From: Waddliaceae bacterium
Lineage (GTDB): Bacteria > Chlamydiota > Chlamydiia > Chlamydiales > SLFE01
Length of the DNA stretch: 64,000 bases
Assembly (NCBI GenBank): GCA_963771045.1
Contig: CAVYRW010000004.1
Location: 1,760,001-1,824,000 of the forward strand
Direction of reading: 5' to 3'
Shown here: piece by piece, positions 18,462-27,657 of the stretch
Layout of the letters: each line of letters opens with the position of its first letter
Numbering within the stretch: position 1 is the stretch's first letter
Made by a program: the position numbers and the translations under genes
The notes under the pieces: model-generated
The model's database searches: none
Told to the model about the DNA's origin: nothing
What the model saw: only the letters and a program-made list of their open reading frames with translations

Positions 18462-19235
18462 TTAAGATGTTGCCTTGGAAGAACGCCTTCTCCGTTTGGT
18501 CGGAGCGGCAGTCGTTCCTTCCAGCTTTTCGCTTTCCTGCCAATAATGGATGCGGGAACAATGCTCGCAAAAGATGATGCGCTCCCCTTTTCTCACAAGG
18601 TTTTCATCCTGTGCGGTCAATGTGATATGGCAGCCGCTGCAACAGCGATTTTCAATCGGAACAACAACGCGATTCTTCTTGTTGCGAAGCAGCCTGTCGT
18701 AGATTTTAAGAGTATCCGGATCGGCCTCTTTAGTCATCTCGTCGCGCTCCGCCTTGATCTGCAGCCCCTCTTCGTTAATCTGACGGATGCTTTCAAAGAT
18801 TTCCTCCTCAAGCTCCTTGCTATTGGTGATCGTTTGATCCAAACTTTCCTGAAGGCTCTTGAGAACGTCTTCTTCCGCAGTCAGCCTGTCGTATTGATCG
18901 CTTAGAACTTGCTCTTTAGCGTGCCGCTGCTTTTCGGCAGCAGAAATTTCATGGGTCAGAGCATTGAACTCATCGACTTTTTTGATGGCATTTTGCTGAC
19001 TTTCAAGCTTTTTGATCTTTTCATTGATCTCTTCAACTTCAAGCTCCATAATCTTGATGTCGCTTTTGATCTTCATGATTTCCTCTTCCTTGCCCTCGAC
19101 CTGGCCCCGGAGATCGTCTTTGATGCGGCTGAGCTTTTTCAGCTCCTTCTGACGCTCTTTCTTAAGGCGGATCAACCGGATCATCTTCATGTCGAGTTCT
19201 TGGATATCTAGAATTTTTTTGAGGACTTCTAACAT
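18462..19235 (-). CDS. cdsZ: Coiled-coil/C4 zinc-ribbon protein (CT398/CdsZ family)
   Basis: ILDIQELDMKMIRL, long coiled coil, VVVPIENRCCSGCHI ... FCEHCSRIHYW. Confidence 0.88.
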   Translation of the reverse strand: MLEVLKKILDIQELDMKMIRLIRLKKERQKELKKLSRIKDDLRGQVEGKEEEIMKIKSDIKIMELEVEEINEKIKKLESQQNAIKKVDEFNALTHEISAAEKQRHAKEQVLSDQYDRLTAEEDVLKSLQESLDQTITNSKELEEEIFESIRQINEEGLQIKAERDEMTKEADPDTLKIYDRLLRNKKNRVVVPIENRCCSGCHITLTAQDENLVRKGERIIFCEHCSRIHYWQESEKLEGTTAAPTKRRRRSSKATS

Positions 19236-19437
19236 TTTGATTCCTTAGAATGGATTGCAAGTTAATAATGATATTTTAGGCATTTAAGGCTTAGTTCTCA
19301 AGAAAAAAAGCTTTCCACATAGCAATTTTACCCGAATTTATGATTTTCTTGCTAAGCCGAGCGAATATGTTGCGCCCCAACAGATCGTTGTGATAACCTT
19401 CAATAGAATTTAAATCGCAAACTTCAGGCCCTTGAAT

Positions 19438-20937
19438 ATGACTTACTTAAAAAAATATCTTGATAGCCGAAAAGACTACGATCCCGGAGCTGCCGCTTTT
19501 TTTGCCTCACTCGACCTGATTAGTCAAACAAATCCGGAAATCGCCGAAGCCATTATCCAGGAATTAAGAGACCAGCGAAACTACTTAAAGCTGATCGCCT
19601 CGGAAAATTTCTGCTCGCTCGCTGTCCAGCAGTCAATGGGCAACCTTTTGACCGACAAGTATTCAGAAGGCTACCCCCACCACCGTTTTTATGCCGGATG
19701 CGATAATGTCGATACGGTGGAAGACCGGGCGGCAACTCTCCTAAAGGAGCTATTCGATTGCGACCATGCTTATGTACAGCCCCATTCCGGCGCAGACGCC
19801 AATCTGGTGGCTTTTTGGGCTATTTTGATCCACAGAGTGCAAAACAGGGAAGTGGAAAAGCTTGGAAAAAAATCGGTCGACGAGCTCACCGGCGAGGAGT
19901 ACGAAGCTGTCAGACAAATGATAATTAATCAAAAGGTGATGGGGCTGTCGCTCGGCTCCGGCGGCCACCTGACACACGGATACCGCCACAATATTTCCTC
20001 CAAGATGATGCGCTCGGTAAGCTACGACGTCGACCCGGCCACAGGACTGCTTAACTACGACCATCTCGCCAGGCAGGCAAAAGAAGAGAAGCCCGACATC
20101 CTCCTTGCGGGATACTCGGCCTATCCTAGATTGATCAACTTCGCCAAAATGCGGGAAATCGCCGACTCGGTCGGGGCGGTTTTCATGGTCGACATGGCCC
20201 ACTTCAGCGGACTTGTCGCAGGAAAAGTGTTTCAGGGAGACTACAACCCGGTGCCGCATGCCCATATTGTGACCTCGACGACCCATAAAACATTAAGGGG
20301 GCCGAGAGGCGGACTGGTGCTGTGCAAACAAGAGTACGCCGATGTGGTGAATAAGGGGTGTCCGCTTGTTTTAGGCGGCCCGCTCCCCCATGTCATAGCG
20401 GCCAAAGCCGTCGCGTTCCAGGAAGCAAAGACCAAAGAGTTTCAAGATTATGCCCGCAAGATTGTGGAAAACGCGAAAGCTTTGGGCGAAACCCTGGTCA
20501 GAAAAGGAATACCTGTCCTCACCGGAGGAACCGACAACCATCTGCTTCTTCTTGATCTTTCGGAATTTGCTATTACCGGGCGGCAGGCCGAAAAAGCTCT
20601 TCGCGACGCGCACATCACTGTCAATCGCAATGCCATACCTTTCGATAAAAACGGCCCCTGGTACACCTCCGGCGTCCGAATCGGCACCCCGGCAATCTCG
20701 ACCCTTGGCATGGGAATAGCCGAGATGGATACGATTGGAGAGGTCATTTATGACGTACTCACAAATTCTAAACCAAAAATAGTAGAGAAAACCCAAAAGC
20801 CAAGCAAGGCGCAATACGAGATCGACGACAAGATTCTAAGCCGATCGAAAGATCGAATTCGCGAACTTCTGGACTGCTTTCCGCTTTATCCCGAAATCGA
20901 GCTGGCACTGGTAGAAGAATTAATTGTTAAACATTAG
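19438..20937 (+). CDS. glyA: Serine hydroxymethyltransferase
   Basis: LKLIASENF, TDKYSEGYP, GGHLTHG, VDMAHFSGLVA, TSTTHKTLRGPRGG. Confidence 0.96.
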   Translation: MTYLKKYLDSRKDYDPGAAAFFASLDLISQTNPEIAEAIIQELRDQRNYLKLIASENFCSLAVQQSMGNLLTDKYSEGYPHHRFYAGCDNVDTVEDRAATLLKELFDCDHAYVQPHSGADANLVAFWAILIHRVQNREVEKLGKKSVDELTGEEYEAVRQMIINQKVMGLSLGSGGHLTHGYRHNISSKMMRSVSYDVDPATGLLNYDHLARQAKEEKPDILLAGYSAYPRLINFAKMREIADSVGAVFMVDMAHFSGLVAGKVFQGDYNPVPHAHIVTSTTHKTLRGPRGGLVLCKQEYADVVNKGCPLVLGGPLPHVIAAKAVAFQEAKTKEFQDYARKIVENAKALGETLVRKGIPVLTGGTDNHLLLLDLSEFAITGRQAEKALRDAHITVNRNAIPFDKNGPWYTSGVRIGTPAISTLGMGIAEMDTIGEVIYDVLTNSKPKIVEKTQKPSKAQYEIDDKILSRSKDRIRELLDCFPLYPEIELALVEELIVKH

Positions 20938-20940
20938 GAG

Positions 20941-21541
20941 ATGGATTTCATGGCAAAAGACGAAGAGATCAATAACTTTAAGGTGCAGGACAAGATCGAC
21001 CAGTCCCTGCTGGACGCAAGGCGCGTTTTTCTCTCGGACGACATCAATACAGATTCGGCCGAAGACGTCATCCGCAAGCTCTGGTATCTTGAAATGAAAG
21101 ATCCAGGAAAACCGATACTGCTTATCATCAACAGTCCGGGAGGAGCGATCGATTCGGGATTTGCGATTTGGGACCAAATCAAAATGATCACCTCGCCTGT
21201 CATATACGCTAGTGACAGGGCTTGCCGCTTCAATGGGCTCGATTTTAAGCCTCGCTGCCGACCCCGACAAACGATTTGCGACGCCTCATTCGAGAATCAT
21301 GATCCACCAGCCAAGGCTGAGCGGCGTCATTCAAGGGCAGGCGACAGACCTTGAGATTCAGGCAAAGGAAATGATCAAAACACGCGAAATGATCATCGAG
21401 GTCTATATGGACGCCACCGGCAAAGACCACGACACCATTGATGAGTCGATTGACAGAGACACATGGTTCGGCGCCGAAGAAGCGAAAAAGTTCGGCTTGA
21501 TCAGCGGCATCGTGAATTCATATAAAGAGATTCCGATGTGA
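20941..21541 (+). CDS. clpP: ClpP protease subunit (+1 frameshift near 21202)
   Basis: INSPGG in one frame; [10 protein letters not shown] and RIMIHQP in the +1 frame. Confidence 0.9.
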
Positions 21542-22321
21542 CGATCAATTTTAGCAAATACAGCGGCATGGGAAATGATTTCATTTTGATAGACAATCGA
21601 AGTGGAAATGCTGTTTGCCTGCAAACAAGGAGCGATCGAAAATCTCTGTAAACGGCGTTTAGGCATCGGAGCCGACGGCATTATTTTACTTGAGTCCTCC
21701 AAAAAAGCCGATGTCGGCATGCGTATTTTCAACGCCGACGGCTCCGAGGCGGAAATGTGTGGAAACGGTATTCGCTGCCTGATGAAGTACATGCTGGAGA
21801 TCGGGATGCCCGAAAAGCCCTATAGCATTGAGGTGTACGGATCAGTGCTGAATGCGAAATATGAAAACGACCTGGTCTCGGTAGACTTGGGAGCGCCTAC
21901 TGAAATCGCCTGGGATATGATTGTAGAGGGAACCCGCCTCCACTTCTTGAATACCGGCGTTCCCCACGCAGTCGTCTTTGTCGAAAATTTGTCTGATGTG
22001 GATATTGAAGCCGAAGGGCGCTTCTTAAGAAGGCATAAAACCTTTACCCCCCGCGGGACGAATGCGACTTTTGTTCAAATCCTCTCCCCCGGCCGCCTAA
22101 TCTTCAGCACCTATGAAAGAGGCGTCGAAGCCGAAACACTGGCCTGCGGCACGGGGGCTGCGGCAGCTGCGTTTGCCTACCTCGGCCGCGAAGGAACTGC
22201 CATAGTGGAAAATAAAAATGGCGAAAATATGTCAATTAGAGTGGACGAGCAGCAGCGCATTCATATGATTGGCCCTGCCCGGCTTGCCTACAAAGGACAG
22301 TTCTTAATTGAAAACAACTAA
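21538..22321 (+). CDS. dapF: Diaminopimelate epimerase (+1 frameshift near 21607)
   Basis: GTG start gives FSKYSGMGNDFILID; the next frame has GIGADG, NADGSEAEMCGNG, ERGVEAETLACGTG. Confidence 0.9.
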
Positions 22322-22351
22322 ATGTTGATCTAAACTGATAGTTAAAAAGGT

Positions 22352-23350
22352 ATGGTTATGTCTGCCAAAAAGAAATTGCAAGAAGCTAAAAACCCTTTGA
22401 TTCTTCGCTCGCAGCGTTTGATGGAGGCCTTCGCCAAATCCGATGACGAAAGAGACTTTTATCTCGACCGCCAGGAAGGGTTTATTGTTTACGCCGATCT
22501 CGACGAATCCGAAGAGAATTTAAACCGCCTATTCGAGGAACTGGCGACAAGCCCCGACCGGTATTGCATGATTCCCAAACTAAGCTTCTACGAACAAAAA
22601 AAAATCATGGAAGGATTCATCCACGAGAAGGTGTACGATATCGACACCAAAGAGAAGCTCATGGACATCATTCAGTCCAAAGAAGCCCGCGAAAACTTTC
22701 TTGAGTTTCTCTATGACCACCATGGCGAGCTTGAAAAGTGGCAGCAATATTATCAGGAAAGATCCCGAGTACGGATTATCGAATGGCTGCGTAACAACAA
22801 TTTTCATTTTGTCTTTGAGGAAGACCTGGATCTGGGAATCTCGCTTATAGAAAAACTTAAAAAAAACCTCTTTGACGACAAGGTGCCAAAAGATGTGCAA
22901 AATGCCCGGAAAGTTTTGACAACAAAAGCAAAAACCTACTACTCGAATGAAGCATTGAATCCCCGTCCGAAAAGAGGACGCCCTCCAAAGCAGACGCAAA
23001 AAACCGAGCTTGAACCCCAAATCTCGGTCGATATCTACAACACCGTCCCTCAGTCAATACGCCCATTTCTCTTCACTCCCGATCTGTCGATCGTTGGCGC
23101 CGCTTCCTTTTCGTCCAAATTTGAAACCGAAGAGGAGATTCTCGCCCATCGCCGCCAGGCAGCCAGAGAGGAGTCGGAAAGCGCCCTCGAAAACCTCAAT
23201 CAGAAACTTGAAACTCTGAGAAAACTCAGCAATAAATTCCGAGGTGAAGAGCCCGGCGAGGATGAACTCGAAGTGATAGAGAGCAAAGAAGAGGAAGAGG
23301 CTCCTAATAAAAAAGCAAAAACGAAGCAGAGCCGCAAGAAAAAATCATAG
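22352..23350 (+). CDS. UPF0158-family chlamydial conserved protein (CT429-like)
   Basis: LMEAFAKSDDERDFYLDR, YYSNEALNPRPKRGRPPKQ; synteny downstream of dapF. Confidence 0.82.
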   Translation: MVMSAKKKLQEAKNPLILRSQRLMEAFAKSDDERDFYLDRQEGFIVYADLDESEENLNRLFEELATSPDRYCMIPKLSFYEQKKIMEGFIHEKVYDIDTKEKLMDIIQSKEARENFLEFLYDHHGELEKWQQYYQERSRVRIIEWLRNNNFHFVFEEDLDLGISLIEKLKKNLFDDKVPKDVQNARKVLTTKAKTYYSNEALNPRPKRGRPPKQTQKTELEPQISVDIYNTVPQSIRPFLFTPDLSIVGAASFSSKFETEEEILAHRRQAAREESESALENLNQKLETLRKLSNKFRGEEPGEDELEVIESKEEEEAPNKKAKTKQSRKKKS

Positions 23351-24319
23351 ATTTTTTTTAAGCTGTTCAACAATATTTTTTTCGACAAGCATCGCAGCTG
23401 CTGCGATGCTGTTCGCTATAGAAGCTGCTGTAGAAGAACCGTGGCATTTGACCAAAATGCCATCGACGCCGCACACAAGAGCGCCGGGATGCTGTTCATC
23501 ACAAAACTGTTTCCTGAGAGCCTCGTAAACTGCCTGGGGAAACTCATAGCCCGCCCGGCTGAGTGCCAGCCGGCAGGCTTGGAGGGCGGCCAGCGAAACG
23601 CCTTCTGCGGTCTTTAAGAATACATTTCCTGCAAAACCATTGGCGACGAGCACATCGATATCCCCCTTAAAGACTTCGCTCCCCTCAATATTGCCGAGAA
23701 ATGAAACATCCATTTCGGGAGAAATCTCTTCAAGTTTTGCGTAAGCCTCCTGAAGCTCTCTCGGCCCCTTTCCGGATTCTTGGCCAATATTGAGCAATCC
23801 GATATTCGGACAAGGATTGTCGAAAACGCATCTTTGGTACGCGGCGCCCATCAAGGCAAACTGAACCAATTTATTTGAATTGCAGAAAAGATTGCCCCCA
23901 ACATCAACGACAACAATCGGCTTTTTTTCCCTAGGAAGAACCGCTAGAAGAGCCGGACGGTCAATTGCGGGAAATTTGGGTAAATACAAAGCGGAAGAGG
24001 CTATTAGGGAACCTGTATTCCCGGTAGTGACGAGGGCGTCGGCCTGCCGGTTTTTGATCAGCTCAATCCCTCTGACCAGAGTCGATCTTTTTTTCGTTTT
24101 AGCAGATTGCAGAGGACTCTCGCTCATCGAGATATAATTATCGGCAGTATGAAACAGAAGTCGGTCGGAACATTTCCGAGGCAGCTGATCCAGAACTTCC
24201 TGAGGTGCGATTACAATAAAAGATGCGGCTTGCGGCAGATCTTCAATACTTTGTAAAACTCCCTCAAAGAGCTCTTCTGGAGGGCTGTCGCCCCCCATCA
24301 GATCCAGTGCCAAACGCAT
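23345..24319 (-). CDS. plsX: Phosphate acyltransferase
   Basis: LALDLMGGD..P, TTGNTG, IDRPAL, GLLNIG.E..KG, GNIEG, GF.GNVFLKTAEG, VKCHGSS. Confidence 0.93.
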   Translation of the reverse strand: MRLALDLMGGDSPPEELFEGVLQSIEDLPQAASFIVIAPQEVLDQLPRKCSDRLLFHTADNYISMSESPLQSAKTKKRSTLVRGIELIKNRQADALVTTGNTGSLIASSALYLPKFPAIDRPALLAVLPREKKPIVVVDVGGNLFCNSNKLVQFALMGAAYQRCVFDNPCPNIGLLNIGQESGKGPRELQEAYAKLEEISPEMDVSFLGNIEGSEVFKGDIDVLVANGFAGNVFLKTAEGVSLAALQACRLALSRAGYEFPQAVYEALRKQFCDEQHPGALVCGVDGILVKCHGSSTAASIANSIAAAAMLVEKNIVEQLKKNL

Positions 24320-24324
24320 ATTTT

Positions 24325-24510
24325 TTATTCGGCTTCCTCAGGATAAAAGTTCCTTTCGGAATAAAATCCGCATTCGGGGCAAATGATATGGGACTTCTTT
24401 CTAACGCCGCAATTCTTGCATGCGATAAAATGCTTGACGGGTCGTCCCTGGTGGGCCCGTTTTTTATTCCTTCTCGAGGTAGAATGTCTGTTACGCGGGC
24501 AAATTGTCAT
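24325..24510 (-). CDS. rpmF: 50S ribosomal protein L32
   Basis: PRNRHSTSRRNKKRAH, CKNCG...HIICPECGFY. Confidence 0.92.
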   Translation of the reverse strand: MTICPRNRHSTSRRNKKRAHQGRPVKHFIACKNCGVRKKSHIICPECGFYSERNFYPEEAE

Positions 24511-24531
24511 GGCTGGTTAGACTCCTCTTAA

Positions 24532-24996
24532 TTATAAATCCGTAAATGGTTGATAACCCTCTTCAATATCGGAGGTTTCAGTTTTAAAATATTTCGTATA
24601 CTCATTCCGCTTTGGGCATTTTCCCCCAGAGCATTCATGGACTGTCGGCAGTTTCAGGATAATTTCCTCCCTAACGATAGGGCTAAAATCAAAAATAGCT
24701 CCTTTTATATCCTCTAAAGGGATCACCTCATAGAGATTATCCAGAACTATTTCGACCGGCGACATCTCATTGCAGATGGAACAAGGAACCAAAGCCTCCG
24801 TCTTGACAGATAAATGGAGGACAAGCTCCCCTTCTCCTTCGGCAATATAGGCCTCTCCGGCGATATCGACAGGTTTTTCAAATTTTAATTCGTTTTCATC
24901 AACTCCAATAAAATCAGGCGGATAAACATCCTTGATTTTATGAACTTTCCCTTGGGAAAGCCGGTCAATATAAATTTTAAAAGCATCAGTATACAT
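24532..24996 (-). CDS. YceD/DUF177 family protein
   Basis: CSICNE, REEIILKLP, PF.DL terminus; upstream of rpmF. Confidence 0.8.
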   Translation of the reverse strand: MYTDAFKIYIDRLSQGKVHKIKDVYPPDFIGVDENELKFEKPVDIAGEAYIAEGEGELVLHLSVKTEALVPCSICNEMSPVEIVLDNLYEVIPLEDIKGAIFDFSPIVREEIILKLPTVHECSGGKCPKRNEYTKYFKTETSDIEEGYQPFTDL

Positions 24997-25132
24997 TAAC
25001 GAGGATAATTATAGCGTCTCAAACGTTTTTTTTCCAGTAGGATTTTTTTGCCGCGGCTATGATGGCAATATTGCTGGTTTTCTGGTATTATATAAGCTAT
25101 AATTTAGATTACCATAAGTTAGGACACTTTGT

Positions 25133-26668
25133 ATGAAAGAGCTGCTTTTAAATGTTGAACCCCGTGAAATCCGCCTTGCCCACCTGATCAATGGACAATT
25201 GTTCGATCTGGATGTCGAGAGAAAAAGAAAAAGGCGCCTGACAGGAAATATCTACCGGGGCAAAGTAACCAATATCCTTCACAATATCCAGTCGGCCTTC
25301 ATCGACATCGATGAAAGCGAAAACGGGTTTATCCATATTACCGACATTATCGAGAACACAAAAACGCTGAAGCAAAGGTACGATCTCGATTTTGAGCTGG
25401 ACTATGGTGTTGAGCAGGAAGGCGAGAACAAGCAGGATGTCGATATCGAAGAGGTTCTGAAAAAAGACCAAACAGTCCTTGTGCAGGTAGTCAAAGAGCC
25501 GATCGGAACAAAAGGCGCCCGCCTAACATCCAATATCTCGATCGCCGGCCGCTATCTGGTCCTCCTCCCCAACTCCAATCATCGGGGCGTTTCCCGAAAA
25601 ATCGAAGACCGTGCCGTGCGCGAGAGGTTGAAAAAGCTGATCCGCTCCTTCGAGATGCCGCAAAAAATGGGGCTGATCTGCCGCACTGCCAGCCGTGTGG
25701 CTACCGAAGACATGCTGATCGACGAGGCTCATGAGCTTCTCTCTAATTGGGAGGTCATTATAGAAAAATTTCAGAAATCCAATGAACCCTGCCTCCTTTT
25801 CGAAGAATCCGACATGATCAAAAAAGCTGTGGAAACTTCTGTCGATAAGCGTTTCGACCGCATGCTCATCGACGACTACCACACGTATCAGGTGTGCAAA
25901 ACGCTTTACAAGAAATATAGCGGAGAACATCCTCTCCGCATCGAATTCTACCGGGACAAAGTCCCTATGTTCGAGCGCTTTAATGTCGAAAAAGAAATAG
26001 AAAAATCTTTAAAAAGAAAGATTTGGCTTCCCCGTGGAGGATATATCTTTTTCGAGAGGACCGAAGCGATGTACACAGTGGATGTCAACTCCGGGCGCAG
26101 TTCTTCGGGAGAGACAGATGTGGAAGAGTCTCTTGTGAGAATCAACCTGGAAGCGGCCGAGGAGATTGCCAGGCAGCTTCGGCTGAGAAACGTCGGCGGA
26201 TTGATCGTGATCGACTTTATCGACATGCGCCTCCGCCGCAGTCAAAGACGGGTTTTGGACAAACTCAAAGAGTGCATGAAAGAAGATTCGGCCAAATGCC
26301 GCATTCTGGGAATGAGCGAATTCGGGCTGGTGGAAATGACCCGTCAAAGAAGCCGCGGCTCTCTTAGGCAGCTGCTCTATACCAGCTGCCCCTACTGCCA
26401 GGGCAACGGAGTGATCAAGTCCAACGAAAGCGTAGCTATAGAAATCGAAAGGGCTTTGAAAAAGATCATCCTCTATCATCAACAGTACGGAATCAAACTT
26501 CAGCTCCATCCTGTTCTCTATGAGTATCTTAATAACGAAGAGATGCCCCATCTTCTGAAAATTGCAGAAGAAAATAACGCCCGCCTTGAATGGGAAGTCT
26601 CCGACGACATGCATTTAAACGACTATCATTTCATATCCACAACAAGCAATGAACTGATCGATGCCTAA
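25133..26668 (+). CDS. Ribonuclease E/G family
   Basis: GNIYRGKV S1 domain, VQVVKEPIGTKGARLT, VDVNSG, LRNVGGLIVIDFIDM, CPYC.G.G. Confidence 0.93.
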   Translation: MKELLLNVEPREIRLAHLINGQLFDLDVERKRKRRLTGNIYRGKVTNILHNIQSAFIDIDESENGFIHITDIIENTKTLKQRYDLDFELDYGVEQEGENKQDVDIEEVLKKDQTVLVQVVKEPIGTKGARLTSNISIAGRYLVLLPNSNHRGVSRKIEDRAVRERLKKLIRSFEMPQKMGLICRTASRVATEDMLIDEAHELLSNWEVIIEKFQKSNEPCLLFEESDMIKKAVETSVDKRFDRMLIDDYHTYQVCKTLYKKYSGEHPLRIEFYRDKVPMFERFNVEKEIEKSLKRKIWLPRGGYIFFERTEAMYTVDVNSGRSSSGETDVEESLVRINLEAAEEIARQLRLRNVGGLIVIDFIDMRLRRSQRRVLDKLKECMKEDSAKCRILGMSEFGLVEMTRQRSRGSLRQLLYTSCPYCQGNGVIKSNESVAIEIERALKKIILYHQQYGIKLQLHPVLYEYLNNEEMPHLLKIAEENNARLEWEVSDDMHLNDYHFISTTSNELIDA

Positions 26669-27644
26669 AGAATTTTACGAAAAGCTGGAGAGTTTAAACG
26701 GGCAGATCCCCGAGAAATTACTGACCCTTATGTGCCAGTGCTATAAAAATTATCGAACAGCCGTCTACACGTCGGATGAGTCCTGGATCTCAAGGGAAAA
26801 AGTCTTTTGCACCTACCTCGATCTTGTTGAAAAGCAGGTCAATGAACCTTACGATTTCGAACCTTTTCACAAAAAAATCAGAAAACCCTACGATTACGAA
26901 GCGTTCAGCATGGATTTCATGAAGCCCTTGATTGTCCTAGAGCAGTCGACTGTCCTTGGGGAAAAGAATCTGAAAAAAATCGAAGAGCTGATTTTGTCGG
27001 GCAGCAATGCGATACTTTTTTCCAACCATCAGACCGAACCCGACCCGCAAATCATCTCAGTGCTTCTTCAGAAAAATCATCCCAAACTTGCAAAAAATAT
27101 GATTTTTATTGCGGGAGACCGCGTTGTGACCGACCCGATGGCCGTTCCTTTCAGCATGGGTTGCAACCTAATCTGCATTTATTCCAAGAAGCATATCGAA
27201 ACTCCTCCAGAGCTGAAAGAAGAGAAATTAAAGCATAATCAACGCACAATGAAGATCTTTCGCGAGCTTCTCAGCGAAGGAGGCAAGTGCGTTTGGGTCG
27301 CTCCCAGCGGAGGGAGGGACAGACCAGAAAAAAATGGCGCTCTCGAAGCAGCCCCTTTCGATCCTCAAAGCATTGAAATGCTTTATCTGATGGCGAAAAA
27401 AGCGGATAAGCCAACGCATTTTTTCCCTCTGACGCTAAGCACCTATAATATCCTCCCGCCCCCTAACAGCGTCGACCAAGAGCTCGGAGAAGAGCGAAAA
27501 ATCCAACGTTTTCCCGCTCATCTCGCCTTCGGGGAGGAAATCAACATGGATTTTTTTCCCGGAAGTGAAGAGATAGACAAAAAAATCAGGCGCCAAAAAA
27601 GAGCCGAGTTTATTTGGTCGCTGGTCAAAAACAATCAAATATAA
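26661..27644 (+). CDS. plsB: Glycerol-3-phosphate acyltransferase (soluble, plastid/chlamydial type)
   Basis: SNHQTEPDPQ, AGDRVVTDP..VPFSMGCNLICIYSKKH, WVAPSGGRDRP. Confidence 0.9.
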   Translation: MPKEFYEKLESLNGQIPEKLLTLMCQCYKNYRTAVYTSDESWISREKVFCTYLDLVEKQVNEPYDFEPFHKKIRKPYDYEAFSMDFMKPLIVLEQSTVLGEKNLKKIEELILSGSNAILFSNHQTEPDPQIISVLLQKNHPKLAKNMIFIAGDRVVTDPMAVPFSMGCNLICIYSKKHIETPPELKEEKLKHNQRTMKIFRELLSEGGKCVWVAPSGGRDRPEKNGALEAAPFDPQSIEMLYLMAKKADKPTHFFPLTLSTYNILPPPNSVDQELGEERKIQRFPAHLAFGEEINMDFFPGSEEIDKKIRRQKRAEFIWSLVKNNQI

Positions 27645-27657
27645 TATATATGATTGG

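Noticed and set aside
18214..18570. Short ORFs overlapping 18111-18453
   Set aside because: The region is the RNase P RNA gene.
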